A stretch of 64,000 nucleotides of DNA from Lentisphaerae bacterium GWF2_50_93 (GCA_001804815.1 MHBI01000101.1:44791-108790), one strand, 5' to 3'; positions 1 through 10,636 are shown, numbered from the stretch's first letter. Made by a program: numbers and translations. Notes: generated by a model not told the origin, from the letters alone.

Positions 1-1203
1 ATATACGATTGCAAATCAAAAGGTGCCTGCCTATCTCTGGCAATCGCGGCCTTCATACTGCTGCCAATATTATTCCCTAAATCCAAATATATGTTTTTCA
101 GGTTCATCCTGTATGGATTCGCCGTCCTGATCATCCTCATCCTTTTCAAAAATGAATACTTTATCAGGCTTTTATTCCAGGACGTCCGGTTTTCCTTATG
201 GAATGGCGTTATCCGCCTTATCATGGACAATCCTCTGCTCGGAGTAAGTTCCCCGGCTTTTGAAAGCTCATATGCATCTTACCGTCCAATAGGTTATTTC
301 ATCAAGGAAACCTTTGTAGCGATTAGGACGATCCATGCCCATAATGAATTTCTTTTTGTCATGGCCTGTTATGGCGTCTTTGGACTCATTGCCTGGCTGC
401 TCTTGTGGATTTATCCTGTCTTGAAGTTATTAATGTCATTCAAATCTCTGGATCTTCAGACACAGCTCTGCGTCTTTTCCCTGTTGTTCATGATCATACA
501 TTCCCAGGTGGACATGGTTATCGCCGCATGGCCAAACATCTTCATATCAGGAATATTGCTCGGTTGCTTATGGAGGAAGTGCTGGCCGCTGCCTGCTGAA
601 GACACGGAAATCAGGTGGAGCATATTTAACAGCATGCTGATGCTTCCTTCAGCTTTAATAATACTGTTTGTTTTCATTTCAACCTCATTCTCCAACCTCA
701 TGGAAACTTATTATCTGAGAAATGCAAAAATATCTTTCCATTTCCTTAAGAATCCCTCGGATACGTTGAACTTCTACAGCAAGTCATGTGAATATGAAAT
801 CAATTCCCCCTCCCTCCTAAGTTCAGGATTGCTCGCCTTGAAGGTTTTCAAAGATCCTTATATGTCGCTTTATCTCTTCGATAAGATCAGCGAGTCGCCT
901 TTAAACCAGGTAGCCCATAGCAACAGGTTTATCGCCGAAAGCCTTATGAGCTTCAACAGGAAGAACGAGGCTCTCGCATATATCAGGAAAGATACCGCAA
1001 ATTATCCAATTTCCGTTGTTTCCCTTTCCATACAGCTGTCACTGGAAGAACAGCTCGGGCTGAAAAATGACGCGGAAGCAACATCTGGAAAACTATTGTC
1101 AGCTCTTAACCATATGGGACTCGATACAAGCCATCTCCCCGCAATATTGAAAAATCCCTATTATGAATGGAAGTTTGTTGAATTAAGAAACATGGGTAAA
1201 TAG
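1..1203 (+). CDS. O-antigen ligase (Wzy_C)-like polytopic membrane protein with a soluble TPR-like C-terminal half; 5' end runs off the window
   Basis: Frame 1 is open from nt 1 into the listed ORF 91..1203. The motif 'RTIHAHNEFLFVMACYGVFGLIAWLL' resembles the HxHN loop/helix of O-antigen ligase family proteins. Several hydrophobic helices are present. Confidence 0.55.
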   Translation: MYDCKSKGACLSLAIAAFILLPILFPKSKYMFFRFILYGFAVLIILILFKNEYFIRLLFQDVRFSLWNGVIRLIMDNPLLGVSSPAFESSYASYRPIGYFIKETFVAIRTIHAHNEFLFVMACYGVFGLIAWLLLWIYPVLKLLMSFKSLDLQTQLCVFSLLFMIIHSQVDMVIAAWPNIFISGILLGCLWRKCWPLPAEDTEIRWSIFNSMLMLPSALIILFVFISTSFSNLMETYYLRNAKISFHFLKNPSDTLNFYSKSCEYEINSPSLLSSGLLALKVFKDPYMSLYLFDKISESPLNQVAHSNRFIAESLMSFNRKNEALAYIRKDTANYPISVVSLSIQLSLEEQLGLKNDAEATSGKLLSALNHMGLDTSHLPAILKNPYYEWKFVELRNMGK

Positions 1204-1207
1204 CAAA

Positions 1208-3073
1208 ATGCAGGAACTTGTCCATTTCAACACCGGCATTCCCAGCGCTCTATACGCTGTTCTAATCTTCTTTGCCACCGCATTCCTAATCGGCTCACGG
1301 CTCCATCTCGACAACCTACGATCTCCTGGCAGGAACTTGCTAAAGATGATCATTGGGATTGATGTATTGTCAGTAACGGCATATATCTTTGGATATTGCG
1401 GACTCCTCTCAAAAACATCCCTGCTTGCATTCTTCTCATGCGCCACGCTCATCTTAGCAATTCTTTTCTACCGTAAAACCCATTCAAATCCTAAAACATT
1501 GAGATTCCTCCATTTGAAACACTTTCTGCCTCTTCTGATTCCTTTTTCCATTCTTCCTCTAGTCATCGGAAGAGCATTGTGTATCCCGTCAGGCTGGGAC
1601 GAACTCACATATCAGCTTGAAGTTCCTGCAAGATGGATCCAGTCAGGAAACCTGGCATTTTTCCATGATAATCCATATTCCGCGTTCCCCACCGCCGCTT
1701 CAGCAAGCTTTTATATCCTTATGATGACCGGCGGACTGCTGGCTCCAAGGATTTTTATTGTCACATTATGGGCTATAAGTATTGTCGCCATGTATTTAAT
1801 GCTCAGGCCGGGATTCTCCAAATGGCATGCATCTCTGCTTACTTTTGGATTCGGAACTTCTTTCACAGTCCTCATGGCCGCAACATCAGCATATGTTGAA
1901 CTTTTCATCCTTATCCAAGCTGCAGGAATGCTGCTTCTATTGAGAAGCCATCTCAGGAACTCCTTCTCCCTATATATAATGGCTCTTACAGGATTCATGG
2001 CTGGAATTGCTGGAGGCGTGAAACTTACAGGCCTGATCATTGGAGCAGGATTTCTCCTTTATGTCATTTCCACTAAAAAGAGGTTGATCAAGATAAACTC
2101 CTCCGCGCTGCTCGTATATTTGTCAGTGTTTATTATTACTGCATTGATTTTCTATGCACGTCCTTTTTTAATGACCGGCAATCCTGCATATCCCTATTTC
2201 GCCGGATTGTTCAGCGGAAATGAGGCAGTAATTGAGATGAGCAGATATCATCATCTCATCGGAAGCGTTAAATACGGCATACAGGGAATCGCCGCATTCT
2301 TCACGGATCCCATCCTCCTGGCAATTTCAGGAGATGCTTTCGACGGCGGTTTCGGATTGCAGTTCCTCGTAATCCTTATGGCGAGTGCATTTTCAATAAT
2401 AATTGCATATGAATCCAGGAACAGCAGAATTGCCGGGCTTACGATCACCGCACTGGCATTCTACATTTTCTGGTTCTTGACATCCCAGCAGTCAAGATTC
2501 ATCATTCCCGCGGTATTCATACTGTTCATAGTTTCAAAATTCTCGTTCCGCAGGTTTCCATCCAAGATCGCAGAGTTATTGATCATTCTAATCCTCTTAC
2601 TTTCGATTTTCTCAATCCCTCGAAATATCTTAAAGGATTGCTATCTGTCATGGAAAACTGCCCTTGGCATGATAAATCCACAGGATTATCTATACTCCGC
2701 AACCGGTCCAGGATATTTAAAGGCCGTATTTGTCGTTAACAAGAAACTTCCAGAAGATGCAAAGCTGATGATGTTATTTGAGAACAGGGGACTTTACATG
2801 AACAGGAAACATTTGACAGGGACCCCTTTCTTCCAGGAAGAATTCTTCACCCCCCCTGAAAAGCTTCCTGCACCATCCCGGATAATGGAAATCCTGCATG
2901 AGAATAAAATCACCCATCTTCTGGTCGGGCTATCGGAAAATGATCCTGACAGGCTCCCTGAATACCTCGAAAGGACTGCGAATTTCGCAAATATGATTGG
3001 AGAACTAGCGGATTCTGGATGTCTTAAGAAGATTTGGGAGGATGAAGGTTTCGCAATCTACGAAGTTAAATGA
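1208..3073 (+). CDS. Polytopic membrane protein, GT-C fold (ArnT/PMT, GT39/83-like) glycosyltransferase candidate
   Basis: 621 aa with more than 10 predicted TM helices followed by a soluble C-terminal domain. The first-loop motif 'SGWDELTYQ' resembles the DE motif of GT-C enzymes. The gene lies 4 nt after the O-antigen-ligase-like gene. Confidence 0.45.
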   Translation: MQELVHFNTGIPSALYAVLIFFATAFLIGSRLHLDNLRSPGRNLLKMIIGIDVLSVTAYIFGYCGLLSKTSLLAFFSCATLILAILFYRKTHSNPKTLRFLHLKHFLPLLIPFSILPLVIGRALCIPSGWDELTYQLEVPARWIQSGNLAFFHDNPYSAFPTAASASFYILMMTGGLLAPRIFIVTLWAISIVAMYLMLRPGFSKWHASLLTFGFGTSFTVLMAATSAYVELFILIQAAGMLLLLRSHLRNSFSLYIMALTGFMAGIAGGVKLTGLIIGAGFLLYVISTKKRLIKINSSALLVYLSVFIITALIFYARPFLMTGNPAYPYFAGLFSGNEAVIEMSRYHHLIGSVKYGIQGIAAFFTDPILLAISGDAFDGGFGLQFLVILMASAFSIIIAYESRNSRIAGLTITALAFYIFWFLTSQQSRFIIPAVFILFIVSKFSFRRFPSKIAELLIILILLLSIFSIPRNILKDCYLSWKTALGMINPQDYLYSATGPGYLKAVFVVNKKLPEDAKLMMLFENRGLYMNRKHLTGTPFFQEEFFTPPEKLPAPSRIMEILHENKITHLLVGLSENDPDRLPEYLERTANFANMIGELADSGCLKKIWEDEGFAIYEVK

Positions 3074-3078
3074 AAAAC

Positions 3079-4527
3079 TTACATCTGGTCAAGCTTCTCC
3101 TTCAGAAGCTTGTTGACAATCTGGGGATTGGCCTTGCCTTTGCTCAGCTTCATGACCTGGCCTACGAAGAACTGGATCACCGTGGTCTTTCCTTCCTTGT
3201 ACTGCTTGACCTGTGCCGGGTTCTGTTCTATCGACAAGACCACAAATTTATCAATGGCTGAATCATCGCTGATCTGCAGGAGTCCCTTCTCAGCGACTAT
3301 CTGCTTCGGAGTCTTCCCTCCTGAGAAAAGTTCGGAGAACACCTCTTTTGCCGACTTGCCGGTGATCGTTCCAGCACTGACGAGTTCTACAAGCTCGACA
3401 AGATGGCCGACTGGAACAGGATTCTTTTCAAACGGGATATTCCTGTCATTGAGCTCCCTGAGAAGTTCAGTTATGATCCAGTTTGCCAGCATTTTGGGGG
3501 ATTTCGCCTGTTTCGCACCTTCATCGAAATAATCTGAAAGAGTCTTGTCCTGGGTGAGAACCTGCGCATCGTATTCAGTCAGTCCCAAAGTTGCAACGAA
3601 TCTTGCACGCTTCTGCTCGGGAAGTTCAGGAAGAGTATTCTTAATTTTACCAATTTCTGAATCGGTGAAAGTCATCGGCAGAAGATCAGGTTCCGGAAAA
3701 TACCTGTAGTCATGCGCGTTTTCCTTGCTCCGGAGAAGATAGGTTTCACCGCGTTCATCGGTCCATCCACGTGTCTCCTGCATCAACCGGCCACCATTGT
3801 CCAGGATTTCCGCCTGCCTTACGATCTCATGTTCAATCGAACGGTGGGCAGAACGGAAGCTGTTGAGATTCTTTATCTCTATCTTTGTTCCAAACTCCTT
3901 GGCTCCGGCAAGCTTGAGGGATATGTTCACATCGCAGCGCATCTGCCCTTTTTCCATGTCGCAGTCGCTTATGTCCGCATACTGCATGATCTGCTTAAGC
4001 GCAGTAAGGTAGGCGTATGCCTCATCGGCAGAACACATGTCAGGTTCGCTTACAATCTCCATCAGAGGGACACCTGCCCTGTTGTAGTCAATACCGCTGT
4101 ATCCCGAAAAATGGTTCAGCTTGCCAACGTCCTCCTCAAGATGGATCCTTGTGATTCCAATGACCTTGTCCGGAAGATCATTCCCCGAAAAACCTTTCCC
4201 GAATATGTGTACGCCACCCCTGCCGCACAGAGGCAGATCATACTGGGTGATCTGGTAGTTCTTCGGCATGTCAGGATAAAAATAGCTCTTTCGGTCGAAC
4301 TTGCTGAATTTCGCGATCTCGCAGCCGCACATCAGCCCAGCCATTACAGTCTTCATGACTGCTTCACGGTTTGGATAAGGCATCACGCCGGGAAATCCCA
4401 TGCAGACAGGACATACCATCGTGTTCGGCTCCTGCCCGAACTTGTTCGGACATGAACAGAACATCTTGCTGTTCGTCCTTGCCTGGACATGCACTTCAAG
4501 ACCTATGACTATATCGTATTTTGACAT
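3079..4527 (-). CDS. gatB: Asp/Glu-tRNA amidotransferase subunit B
   Basis: 482 aa. The N-terminus 'YDIVIGLEVHVQ...TNSKMFCSCPN' is typical of GatB. A 2-nt gap separates it from gatA. Confidence 0.95.
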   Translation of the reverse strand: MSKYDIVIGLEVHVQARTNSKMFCSCPNKFGQEPNTMVCPVCMGFPGVMPYPNREAVMKTVMAGLMCGCEIAKFSKFDRKSYFYPDMPKNYQITQYDLPLCGRGGVHIFGKGFSGNDLPDKVIGITRIHLEEDVGKLNHFSGYSGIDYNRAGVPLMEIVSEPDMCSADEAYAYLTALKQIMQYADISDCDMEKGQMRCDVNISLKLAGAKEFGTKIEIKNLNSFRSAHRSIEHEIVRQAEILDNGGRLMQETRGWTDERGETYLLRSKENAHDYRYFPEPDLLPMTFTDSEIGKIKNTLPELPEQKRARFVATLGLTEYDAQVLTQDKTLSDYFDEGAKQAKSPKMLANWIITELLRELNDRNIPFEKNPVPVGHLVELVELVSAGTITGKSAKEVFSELFSGGKTPKQIVAEKGLLQISDDSAIDKFVVLSIEQNPAQVKQYKEGKTTVIQFFVGQVMKLSKGKANPQIVNKLLKEKLDQM

Positions 4528-4529
4528 AT

Positions 4530-5999
4530 TTAAATTCCGGGAATGAATTCCTTGATTGCCCTGTTCTTCTCAAAAATATGCGAAATCCGCAGAAGCTGCT
4601 TCTCTCCCATGTCCGGTCCGAGCAGCTGGATCCCTACAGGAAGTCCATTTTCATGTATATCAGCGGGAACGCTTATGCCGCAGATGCCTGCGAGATTCGT
4701 CGAAATCGTGAAAATATCGGCGAGATACATCTGGAGCGGATCAGATTTTTCGCCGAACTTGAATGCCGTCGTAGGAGAAACCGGGGTCAGGATCACATCG
4801 CATTTCCTGTACGCATCCTGGAAATCCCTCCTGATCAGAGTCCTGACCTTCTGTCCCTTTGTATAGTATGCATCATAATAACCGCTGCTGAGCACGAATG
4901 TCCCAAGGATTATCCTGCGCTTGACCTCGTCCCCGAATCCAGCTCCGCGGGTCTCAAGATATGTCTCCAGCAGATCGTCAGCCTTCATGCGGTTGCCATA
5001 GCGGATGCCGTCGAATCTTGCGAGATTCGCACTCGCTTCAGCCGTGGCAATCACATAATATGTTGCAACCGCATATTTTGAATGCGGCAGCGAGACCTGG
5101 ACCATCTCGGCGCCAAGATCCTTGAAGACCTGTATCGACTTCTCCATGGATTTACGAACGCCTGCATCAAGCCCCTCAATTTCAAAACATTCCTTGGGCA
5201 GCCCTATCCTGATCCCCTTGAGATCCTTGAGCCCTCCCAGGTCCTCTGAAAATATCTCGTTCGTATCCGGAAGCGAAGTCGCATCCCTGGAGTCCCTTCC
5301 GCACATGACATCTGTAAGAATTGCGGCGTCTTCAACATCACGGGTTATCGGACCGATCTGATCAAGGGAGGATGCAAATGCAATAAGACCGTAGCGGGAT
5401 ATCCTTCCATAGGTGGGTTTGAATCCGACAACACCACAAAAAGATGCAGGCTGGCGGATGGATCCACCTGTGTCGGACCCAAGGGCCGCTGTAACCTCAG
5501 CCGCAGACACGGACGCCGCGGAGCCACCGCTGGAACCACCAGGAACGCAATTGATGTTCCATGGATTGGCGGTCTTCTGATATGCGCTGTTCTCGCATGA
5601 TGACCCCATCGCGAATTCGTCCATGTTCGTCCTTCCAAAAAGGACAAAACCATTTGCCTTGAGCTTCCTTATAACTGTCGCATCATAGGGAGAAACAACC
5701 TTCTGCAGGATCTTTGAAGCACAGGTGCATGTCTGCCCCTTGACGGTAATATTGTCCTTGACAGCAAGAGGTATTCCATCAAACTGACCTAGCTTCCTGT
5801 TTTCAGCTCTTCTATCGTCTGATGCTTTCGCCTGAGATAAAACATCCTCTTCGTCTAGCTTAAGGAACGCCTTTACCTTCGGCTCCAGTTTTTTTGCACG
5901 TTCAATGTAGGCCTTGCACAATTCCGTCGAAGAGATCTTTTTCTCTTCAAGAAGTCTTGCGGCCTCGTGGATTGTAAAATTTTCAATTTTTATTGACAT
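4530..5999 (-). CDS. gatA: Asp/Glu-tRNA amidotransferase subunit A
   Basis: 489 aa with the amidase signature 'GGSSGGSAASV' and the N-terminal pattern 'ELCKAYIERAKKLEPKVKAF'. Confidence 0.95.
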   Translation of the reverse strand: MSIKIENFTIHEAARLLEEKKISSTELCKAYIERAKKLEPKVKAFLKLDEEDVLSQAKASDDRRAENRKLGQFDGIPLAVKDNITVKGQTCTCASKILQKVVSPYDATVIRKLKANGFVLFGRTNMDEFAMGSSCENSAYQKTANPWNINCVPGGSSGGSAASVSAAEVTAALGSDTGGSIRQPASFCGVVGFKPTYGRISRYGLIAFASSLDQIGPITRDVEDAAILTDVMCGRDSRDATSLPDTNEIFSEDLGGLKDLKGIRIGLPKECFEIEGLDAGVRKSMEKSIQVFKDLGAEMVQVSLPHSKYAVATYYVIATAEASANLARFDGIRYGNRMKADDLLETYLETRGAGFGDEVKRRIILGTFVLSSGYYDAYYTKGQKVRTLIRRDFQDAYRKCDVILTPVSPTTAFKFGEKSDPLQMYLADIFTISTNLAGICGISVPADIHENGLPVGIQLLGPDMGEKQLLRISHIFEKNRAIKEFIPGI

Positions 6000-6044
6000 C
6001 GGTATCTTTGTTTTCTACTTTCTAAATTCCACTTCCTAATTTCC

Positions 6045-6122
6045 CCCAACTTCAGAACTTCATCTACTTTGCGCCTCTGTGCCTTCTCCCAACTTTAGAA
6101 CTTCCGCACTCTAGAACTTCCT
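6045..6122 (-). repeat. Word repeats inside the 121-nt gatC-gatA spacer
   Basis: CCCAACTT(C/T)AGAACTTC at 6045 and 6088, and CTAGAACTTCC at 6111. The 19-mer at 6066-6084 is shared with 57442-57460, and the 15-mer at 6090-6104 with 46934-46948. Confidence 0.85.
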
Positions 6123-6432
6123 AATTCTCCTCCTCCCCCGGTATCACAGCAGGAACCTTTATGAGTTCCCCTCCGACAGTCTCTGGAGCGTTTGAAAGCA
6201 TCTCTTCACGCTGGAAAGGGGGTTCAGAGACATCGTCACGCAGCACATTCGTCATCTGGACGGCATGGGCAGTAGGTTCAATGTTGGAGACATCAAGCTC
6301 TGAAAGCGTGTCGACATAATTGAGAATCGTCTCCATTTCCTTCTGGAGGCGTTCCTCTTTTTCACTGTCAAGCTCAAGCCTGGCAAGCGCAGCGACGTAT
6401 TTTACGTCAATTATTCTCTTTTCCATAAGCAA
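6121..6432 (-). CDS. gatC: Asp/Glu-tRNA amidotransferase subunit C
   Basis: 103 aa with the GatC pattern 'VKYVAALARLELDSEKEERL...NYVDTLSELDVSN'. It lies upstream of gatA. The true start may be the Met two codons in. Confidence 0.85.
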   Translation of the reverse strand: MLMEKRIIDVKYVAALARLELDSEKEERLQKEMETILNYVDTLSELDVSNIEPTAHAVQMTNVLRDDVSEPPFQREEMLSNAPETVGGELIKVPAVIPGEEEN

Positions 6433-6441
6433 ACTTATCTT

Positions 6442-8103
6442 TTAGCTGCGCTCAAGGGCAAGCGTCTTCGTGGTCTGGTCGCAGACTTCGGAAGGTCCGA
6501 AATACTGGATCGGACCGGGATAGAGATATTCGGTTTCTACCGCCCATTCATCCCGGTTTTCAGCGAAAGTCTCGAACGGCTTGTCGTGGAGATCCACCAA
6601 TGACTTCTGTATGACAGGCTTTTCCTTGCCGTGCCTTCTCTCCATGTTCATCATCATCGTGATTGGAATTCCACCGCTCAACCACTGGTCGGATGGCTTT
6701 GTGAGATTTCTGACAGCCGCCATGTATCCCGTGCTTCCGCATCCGACAAGGGCCGCTGCCGTCGCGCCAAGGCTGTAGCAGTAATCAGCGTCAAAATTGG
6801 ACGGAGCCGCGCACCTGCCTTCATAACCAAGGAAATGCGTCTGCGCCTTGAATCTCACGTCCTTAACCTCGGACTTGCCCTGTGATTTCATGAGGCTCAT
6901 GCGGCTTTCGATCATCTGGATGAGCAGTTTTTCAGTTTCGATCATGGATACCTGCACGTTTCCATGCGGATCCCTGTCCTTTATGAGCTGTATCTGTATC
7001 TGCAGCGGCATTGAGACATAGACTGAGGCGGACTCATTGGAGAGCTTGCCCTTGATGAAGCTGGTCTTGTCTTCATCTGTCTTGAGGAAGTTGAGGGCCG
7101 ATTCATCCTTGGTCATTATTTCATTCAGCTCGTTGATGAGCTTCTTAATTTCCGGAATGAATTCGATCAGGCCTTCAGGAATGAGGACCACGCCGAAGTT
7201 CCTGCCTTTTTTGGCGCGCTTGCAGATAACCTTGACCATGTCGTCGACAATATCCGCAAGGGTCTGCTTCTTCTTTGCGACTTCCTCAGATATGATTGCG
7301 ATGTTCGGACGCGTCTGAAGCGCGCATTCAAGCGTGATGTGCGATGCAGAACGGCCCATGAGCCTTATGAAATGCCAGTATTTCCTCGCGGAATCGGCAT
7401 CCCGGCTGATGTTGCCGATAAGTTCGCTGTAGACCTTGCATGCAGTGTCGAATCCGAAAGAAGTCTCTATGAATAAGTTCTTAAGGTCTCCATCAATCGT
7501 CTTCGGACATCCAATCACCTGTATCGGAGTCCTCTTCATGCAATAATGCTCGGCAAGAAGACATGCATTGGTGTTTGAGTCATCTCCTCCTATCACGATA
7601 AGCGCGCTGATTCCGAGTTTCTTGCAGTTTTTCGCCGACTTCTCGAATTGCTCGGCAGTCTCAAGCTTCGTACGTCCGGAACCAATAATGTCAAATCCTC
7701 CGGTGTTCCTGTAGCTGCTAAGAAGTTCAGCCGTTATTTCAATGTACTTGTTCTCGACAAGACCGCTGGGTCCGCCAATGAAACCATACAGCTTGCACTT
7801 TTCATTGATTGATTTCAGACCGTCAAAAATCCCGGCTATGACATTGTGTCCGCCCGGGGCCTGTCCGCCCGAAAGAATTACTCCGACGTTGATAGGCTTT
7901 GCAGCTTTTTTCTGCGAACCTACGGAAAACTCAAGTATGGGTTTGCCGTAATTCACTGGAAAAAGTTTTTGAATGCTTTCCTGGTCGGATATCGATTCCG
8001 TCGGATCGCTTTTTGCAACTGTCACAAGAGCTCCGTTGGCAAATGCCGGAGGAAGCTTCGGCTCGTACGAGGCCCTGACTTTCTGAAGCACTGAAATTTC
8101 CAT
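6442..8103 (-). CDS. pfp: Diphosphate--fructose-6-phosphate 1-phosphotransferase (long-type PPi-PFK)
   Basis: 553 aa with the motifs 'GGDDSNTNA', 'PKTIDGDL' and '[11 protein letters not shown]'. It ends 9 nt upstream of the gatC start. Confidence 0.9.
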   Translation of the reverse strand: MEISVLQKVRASYEPKLPPAFANGALVTVAKSDPTESISDQESIQKLFPVNYGKPILEFSVGSQKKAAKPINVGVILSGGQAPGGHNVIAGIFDGLKSINEKCKLYGFIGGPSGLVENKYIEITAELLSSYRNTGGFDIIGSGRTKLETAEQFEKSAKNCKKLGISALIVIGGDDSNTNACLLAEHYCMKRTPIQVIGCPKTIDGDLKNLFIETSFGFDTACKVYSELIGNISRDADSARKYWHFIRLMGRSASHITLECALQTRPNIAIISEEVAKKKQTLADIVDDMVKVICKRAKKGRNFGVVLIPEGLIEFIPEIKKLINELNEIMTKDESALNFLKTDEDKTSFIKGKLSNESASVYVSMPLQIQIQLIKDRDPHGNVQVSMIETEKLLIQMIESRMSLMKSQGKSEVKDVRFKAQTHFLGYEGRCAAPSNFDADYCYSLGATAAALVGCGSTGYMAAVRNLTKPSDQWLSGGIPITMMMNMERRHGKEKPVIQKSLVDLHDKPFETFAENRDEWAVETEYLYPGPIQYFGPSEVCDQTTKTLALERS

Positions 8104-8211
8104 AACCCTTCTCCTGTTATTTCATAATATATTTTATTAACCAAAGGGAAAAATAATGTACTCCCAGAACTATTGACTGGCAAGCAGAAGAGATGCTTGT
8201 TTTTTAAGAAA

Positions 8212-8244
8212 TAAAAAAGCGCCGTCCGGAAAGCCGGACGGCGC
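8212..8244 (-). terminator. Rho-independent terminator of asd
   Basis: An 11-bp GC-rich stem (GCGCCGTCCGG / CCGGACGGCGC, loop AAAG) is followed on the minus strand by TTTTTT. Confidence 0.8.
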
Positions 8245-8268
8245 CATTACCTACTGACATTCAGACAG

Positions 8269-9282
8269 TTATAGGACTTCTGCAATCTGAACGGCATTCA
8301 ATGCGGCACCTTTCAGAATCTGATCACCGCTGATGAAGATGTCCAGACCGCGCTTGTCATCCCTTGAAATGTCCTGACGGATCCTTCCTACAAGAACGTC
8401 ATACATCCCTGAAGCCTCGATTGGCATCGGATAGATCTTGTTCTTCGGATCATCGCGGAGCTGGATGCCAGGAGCCTTTGAAAGTATCTGCCTGGCCTCT
8501 TCAGGAGTTATGTCCTTTTCGAATTCAAGATTAAGCGCCTCAGAATGGGCGCGCATGACCGGTACACGGACGCATGTGCAGGAAACCTTGAGGTTCGGAT
8601 GATGCATGATCTTCCGTCCTTCATAGGTCATCTTCATTTCCTCCTTGGTGTATCCATTGTCGAGGAAAACGTCGATGTGCGGGAAAAGGTTGAATGCGAT
8701 CCTCTGGGGAAGCGCAGCTATGGAAAGATTTTTTTCGCCGGCAAGCACCTGCCGCGACTGCTCCTCAAGCTCTGTCATCGCCTTGGCGCCAGCTCCGCTG
8801 GCGGCCTGGTATGTGGCCGCGACAAGCCTCTTGAGGTTCCTGGCCTTATGCAGGGGATATACGGCAACAACCATGATTATGGTCGAGCAGTTTGGATTCG
8901 CAATGATGCCCTTGTGCTTCTTAACATCTTCAGGATTCACTTCAGGAACTACCAGAGGAACATCGTCATCCATCCTGAACGCGCTTGAATTGTCGATCAT
9001 GACAGCTCCGGCATCCACTGCGGATTTCGCGAACTCCTTTGACCTGGAGGCGCCTGCGCTGAAAAGCGCTATGTCTATGCCCTTGAACGAGTCGTGCTTG
9101 AGCTCCTGGACAGTAATATCTTCGCCCTTGAACATCAATTTCTTGCCAACAGACCTTTCAGAAGCGAGAAGACGAAGGCTTTTCACAGGAAAATTCCTCT
9201 TCTCCAGCGTAAGCATCATGTCAATTCCAACGGCCCCGGTGGCACCGGCTATCGCTATATTATATCCCTTGCTCATTTTCAC
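8269..9282 (-). CDS. asd: Aspartate-semialdehyde dehydrogenase
   Basis: 337 aa with the Rossmann motif 'IAIAGATGAVG' and the active-site region 'IANPNCSTI'. Confidence 0.9.
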   Translation of the reverse strand: MKMSKGYNIAIAGATGAVGIDMMLTLEKRNFPVKSLRLLASERSVGKKLMFKGEDITVQELKHDSFKGIDIALFSAGASRSKEFAKSAVDAGAVMIDNSSAFRMDDDVPLVVPEVNPEDVKKHKGIIANPNCSTIIMVVAVYPLHKARNLKRLVAATYQAASGAGAKAMTELEEQSRQVLAGEKNLSIAALPQRIAFNLFPHIDVFLDNGYTKEEMKMTYEGRKIMHHPNLKVSCTCVRVPVMRAHSEALNLEFEKDITPEEARQILSKAPGIQLRDDPKNKIYPMPIEASGMYDVLVGRIRQDISRDDKRGLDIFISGDQILKGAALNAVQIAEVL

Positions 9283-9419
9283 TCCTAAGTTTTTTTGCGC
9301 CGCTTACGTTATACGAACTAAAAAAAGATTCAAGGTTCCCCTCCCAAGAAGTTGCATATTATGGCTAACATATTAATTTTGTCGCAGTTGCAGCACAGAA
9401 CGTAAAAGAGGGTGTCATA

Positions 9420-10325
9420 TTGAAAATACTAATTACTGGAGCGAGTGGACTGCTAGGAACTGAAATCTCCTTTCATGCAGGACAATTGATGTCAGGTTCC
9501 AGGGAATCGAGTTTGCGAATTTCACAGACTACACGAGTTTCCAGCCGGGGAAATAGCGGCTTTCTTGCAGCCGACATAACCTCCGAGAACGGCATCTTGA
9601 AACTATGCAGTTCCGACTGGGACACGATAATCCATTCAGCCGCATGGCGCAGCCCGGACCAGTGCGAGAAAGACAAATCTGCAGCGTATCGGCTAAATGT
9701 CTGGGCGACAGAACAGCTTGCCTCGGAAGCCAGGAAACGCAATGCCCAGATGCTATATATCTCAACGGACTATGTCTTCTCCGGTACAAACCCTCCGTAC
9801 AGGGAGGATGACACTCCGAGCCCGGTCAACTATTACGGCGAAACAAAACTCATGGCGGAAAAAGCAGTCCTCAGCCTCTGCAGGAATGCAACAATACTGC
9901 GCATCCCCCTGCTCTATGGATTGGCCGCAGGGCTTCAGAAATCCGATCTCCTCTATGGAACTCTGAAGGCTCTCGATTCTGACAAGCCCTGGCCGATGGA
10001 AGACTCAATTGTCCGTTATCCTACATATACTGGAGATGTCGCCAATGCCGTATTCTTCCTGCTGGAGAAAAACGCCTCCGGAATTTTCCATTTCAGCGGG
10101 CAGAACAAGACAACCCGCTACAAGATCACTGCGGCATTCGCAGAAATCTTCGGCAAAAGCATGAAGAATATCGTGCACCTCGCGAAAGCTCCGGAAACTG
10201 AAGCGCGCCGTCCGCACGACTCCCATCTCAGCATGGATAAACTCCTTTCCCTCGGCTTCCCGGTTCCAATGCCATTCGAGGAAAGGATAAAATCATTGAA
10301 GGGCGAAATATTAAAGGAATTGTGA
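9420..10325 (+). CDS. RmlD-substrate-binding-domain SDR (dTDP-4-dehydrorhamnose reductase-like)
   Basis: TTG start. Motifs are 'MKILITGASGLLG', 'YISTDYVFSG' and 'YGETKLMAE' (YxxxK). Confidence 0.6.
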   Translation: MKILITGASGLLGTEISFHAGQLMSGSRESSLRISQTTRVSSRGNSGFLAADITSENGILKLCSSDWDTIIHSAAWRSPDQCEKDKSAAYRLNVWATEQLASEARKRNAQMLYISTDYVFSGTNPPYREDDTPSPVNYYGETKLMAEKAVLSLCRNATILRIPLLYGLAAGLQKSDLLYGTLKALDSDKPWPMEDSIVRYPTYTGDVANAVFFLLEKNASGIFHFSGQNKTTRYKITAAFAEIFGKSMKNIVHLAKAPETEARRPHDSHLSMDKLLSLGFPVPMPFEERIKSLKGEILKEL

Positions 10326-10330
10326 AAGAA

Positions 10331-10552
10331 TCACTTCCTGCCCTTTAACGCTGAAGTTTTTAATTCATCCAGTGTAATCCTTTCCTGTCTCAGATTGCAC
10401 CACTTTCCAACGAATCTGCCATCTTCACCGTTGTCCGATGTCCAATCAGTCAACTTCCCATTTTCTTCAAATACATAAACAGCAGAACCCGATGGGAAAG
10501 CCAGCCAACTGTCAAACGGAGCAACTGCCAGGAAATATTTCTTTTCTTTCAA
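10331..10552 (-). CDS. Small hypothetical protein (73 aa), doubtful
   Basis: ORF only, with a TTG start, no recognisable RBS and no recognisable motif. Confidence 0.25.
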   Translation of the reverse strand: MKEKKYFLAVAPFDSWLAFPSGSAVYVFEENGKLTDWTSDNGEDGRFVGKWCNLRQERITLDELKTSALKGRK

Positions 10553-10610
10553 TTTTCATACTATTTTAAATCATTCCAGTTTCTGCATTAGCCTTCGCAG
10601 AGGGTGTTAT

Positions 10611-10636
10611 ATTGTAGCCCCATGCGTAAGCGTGGG
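10611..10636 (+). repeat. GUAA-tetraloop hairpin, probable distant member of the GTAG-hairpin repeat family
   Basis: TTGTAG followed by CCCCATGC-GTAA-GCGTGGGG, which gives 8 pairs including one U.G. Confidence 0.4.

Noticed and set aside
6000-6120. Short periodic repeats (8- and 14-nt periods here and at 39186, 46936, 47989 and 51780) as CRISPR arrays.
   Set aside because: The units are far shorter than CRISPR repeats and are contiguous without unique spacers. No cas genes are present in the window.
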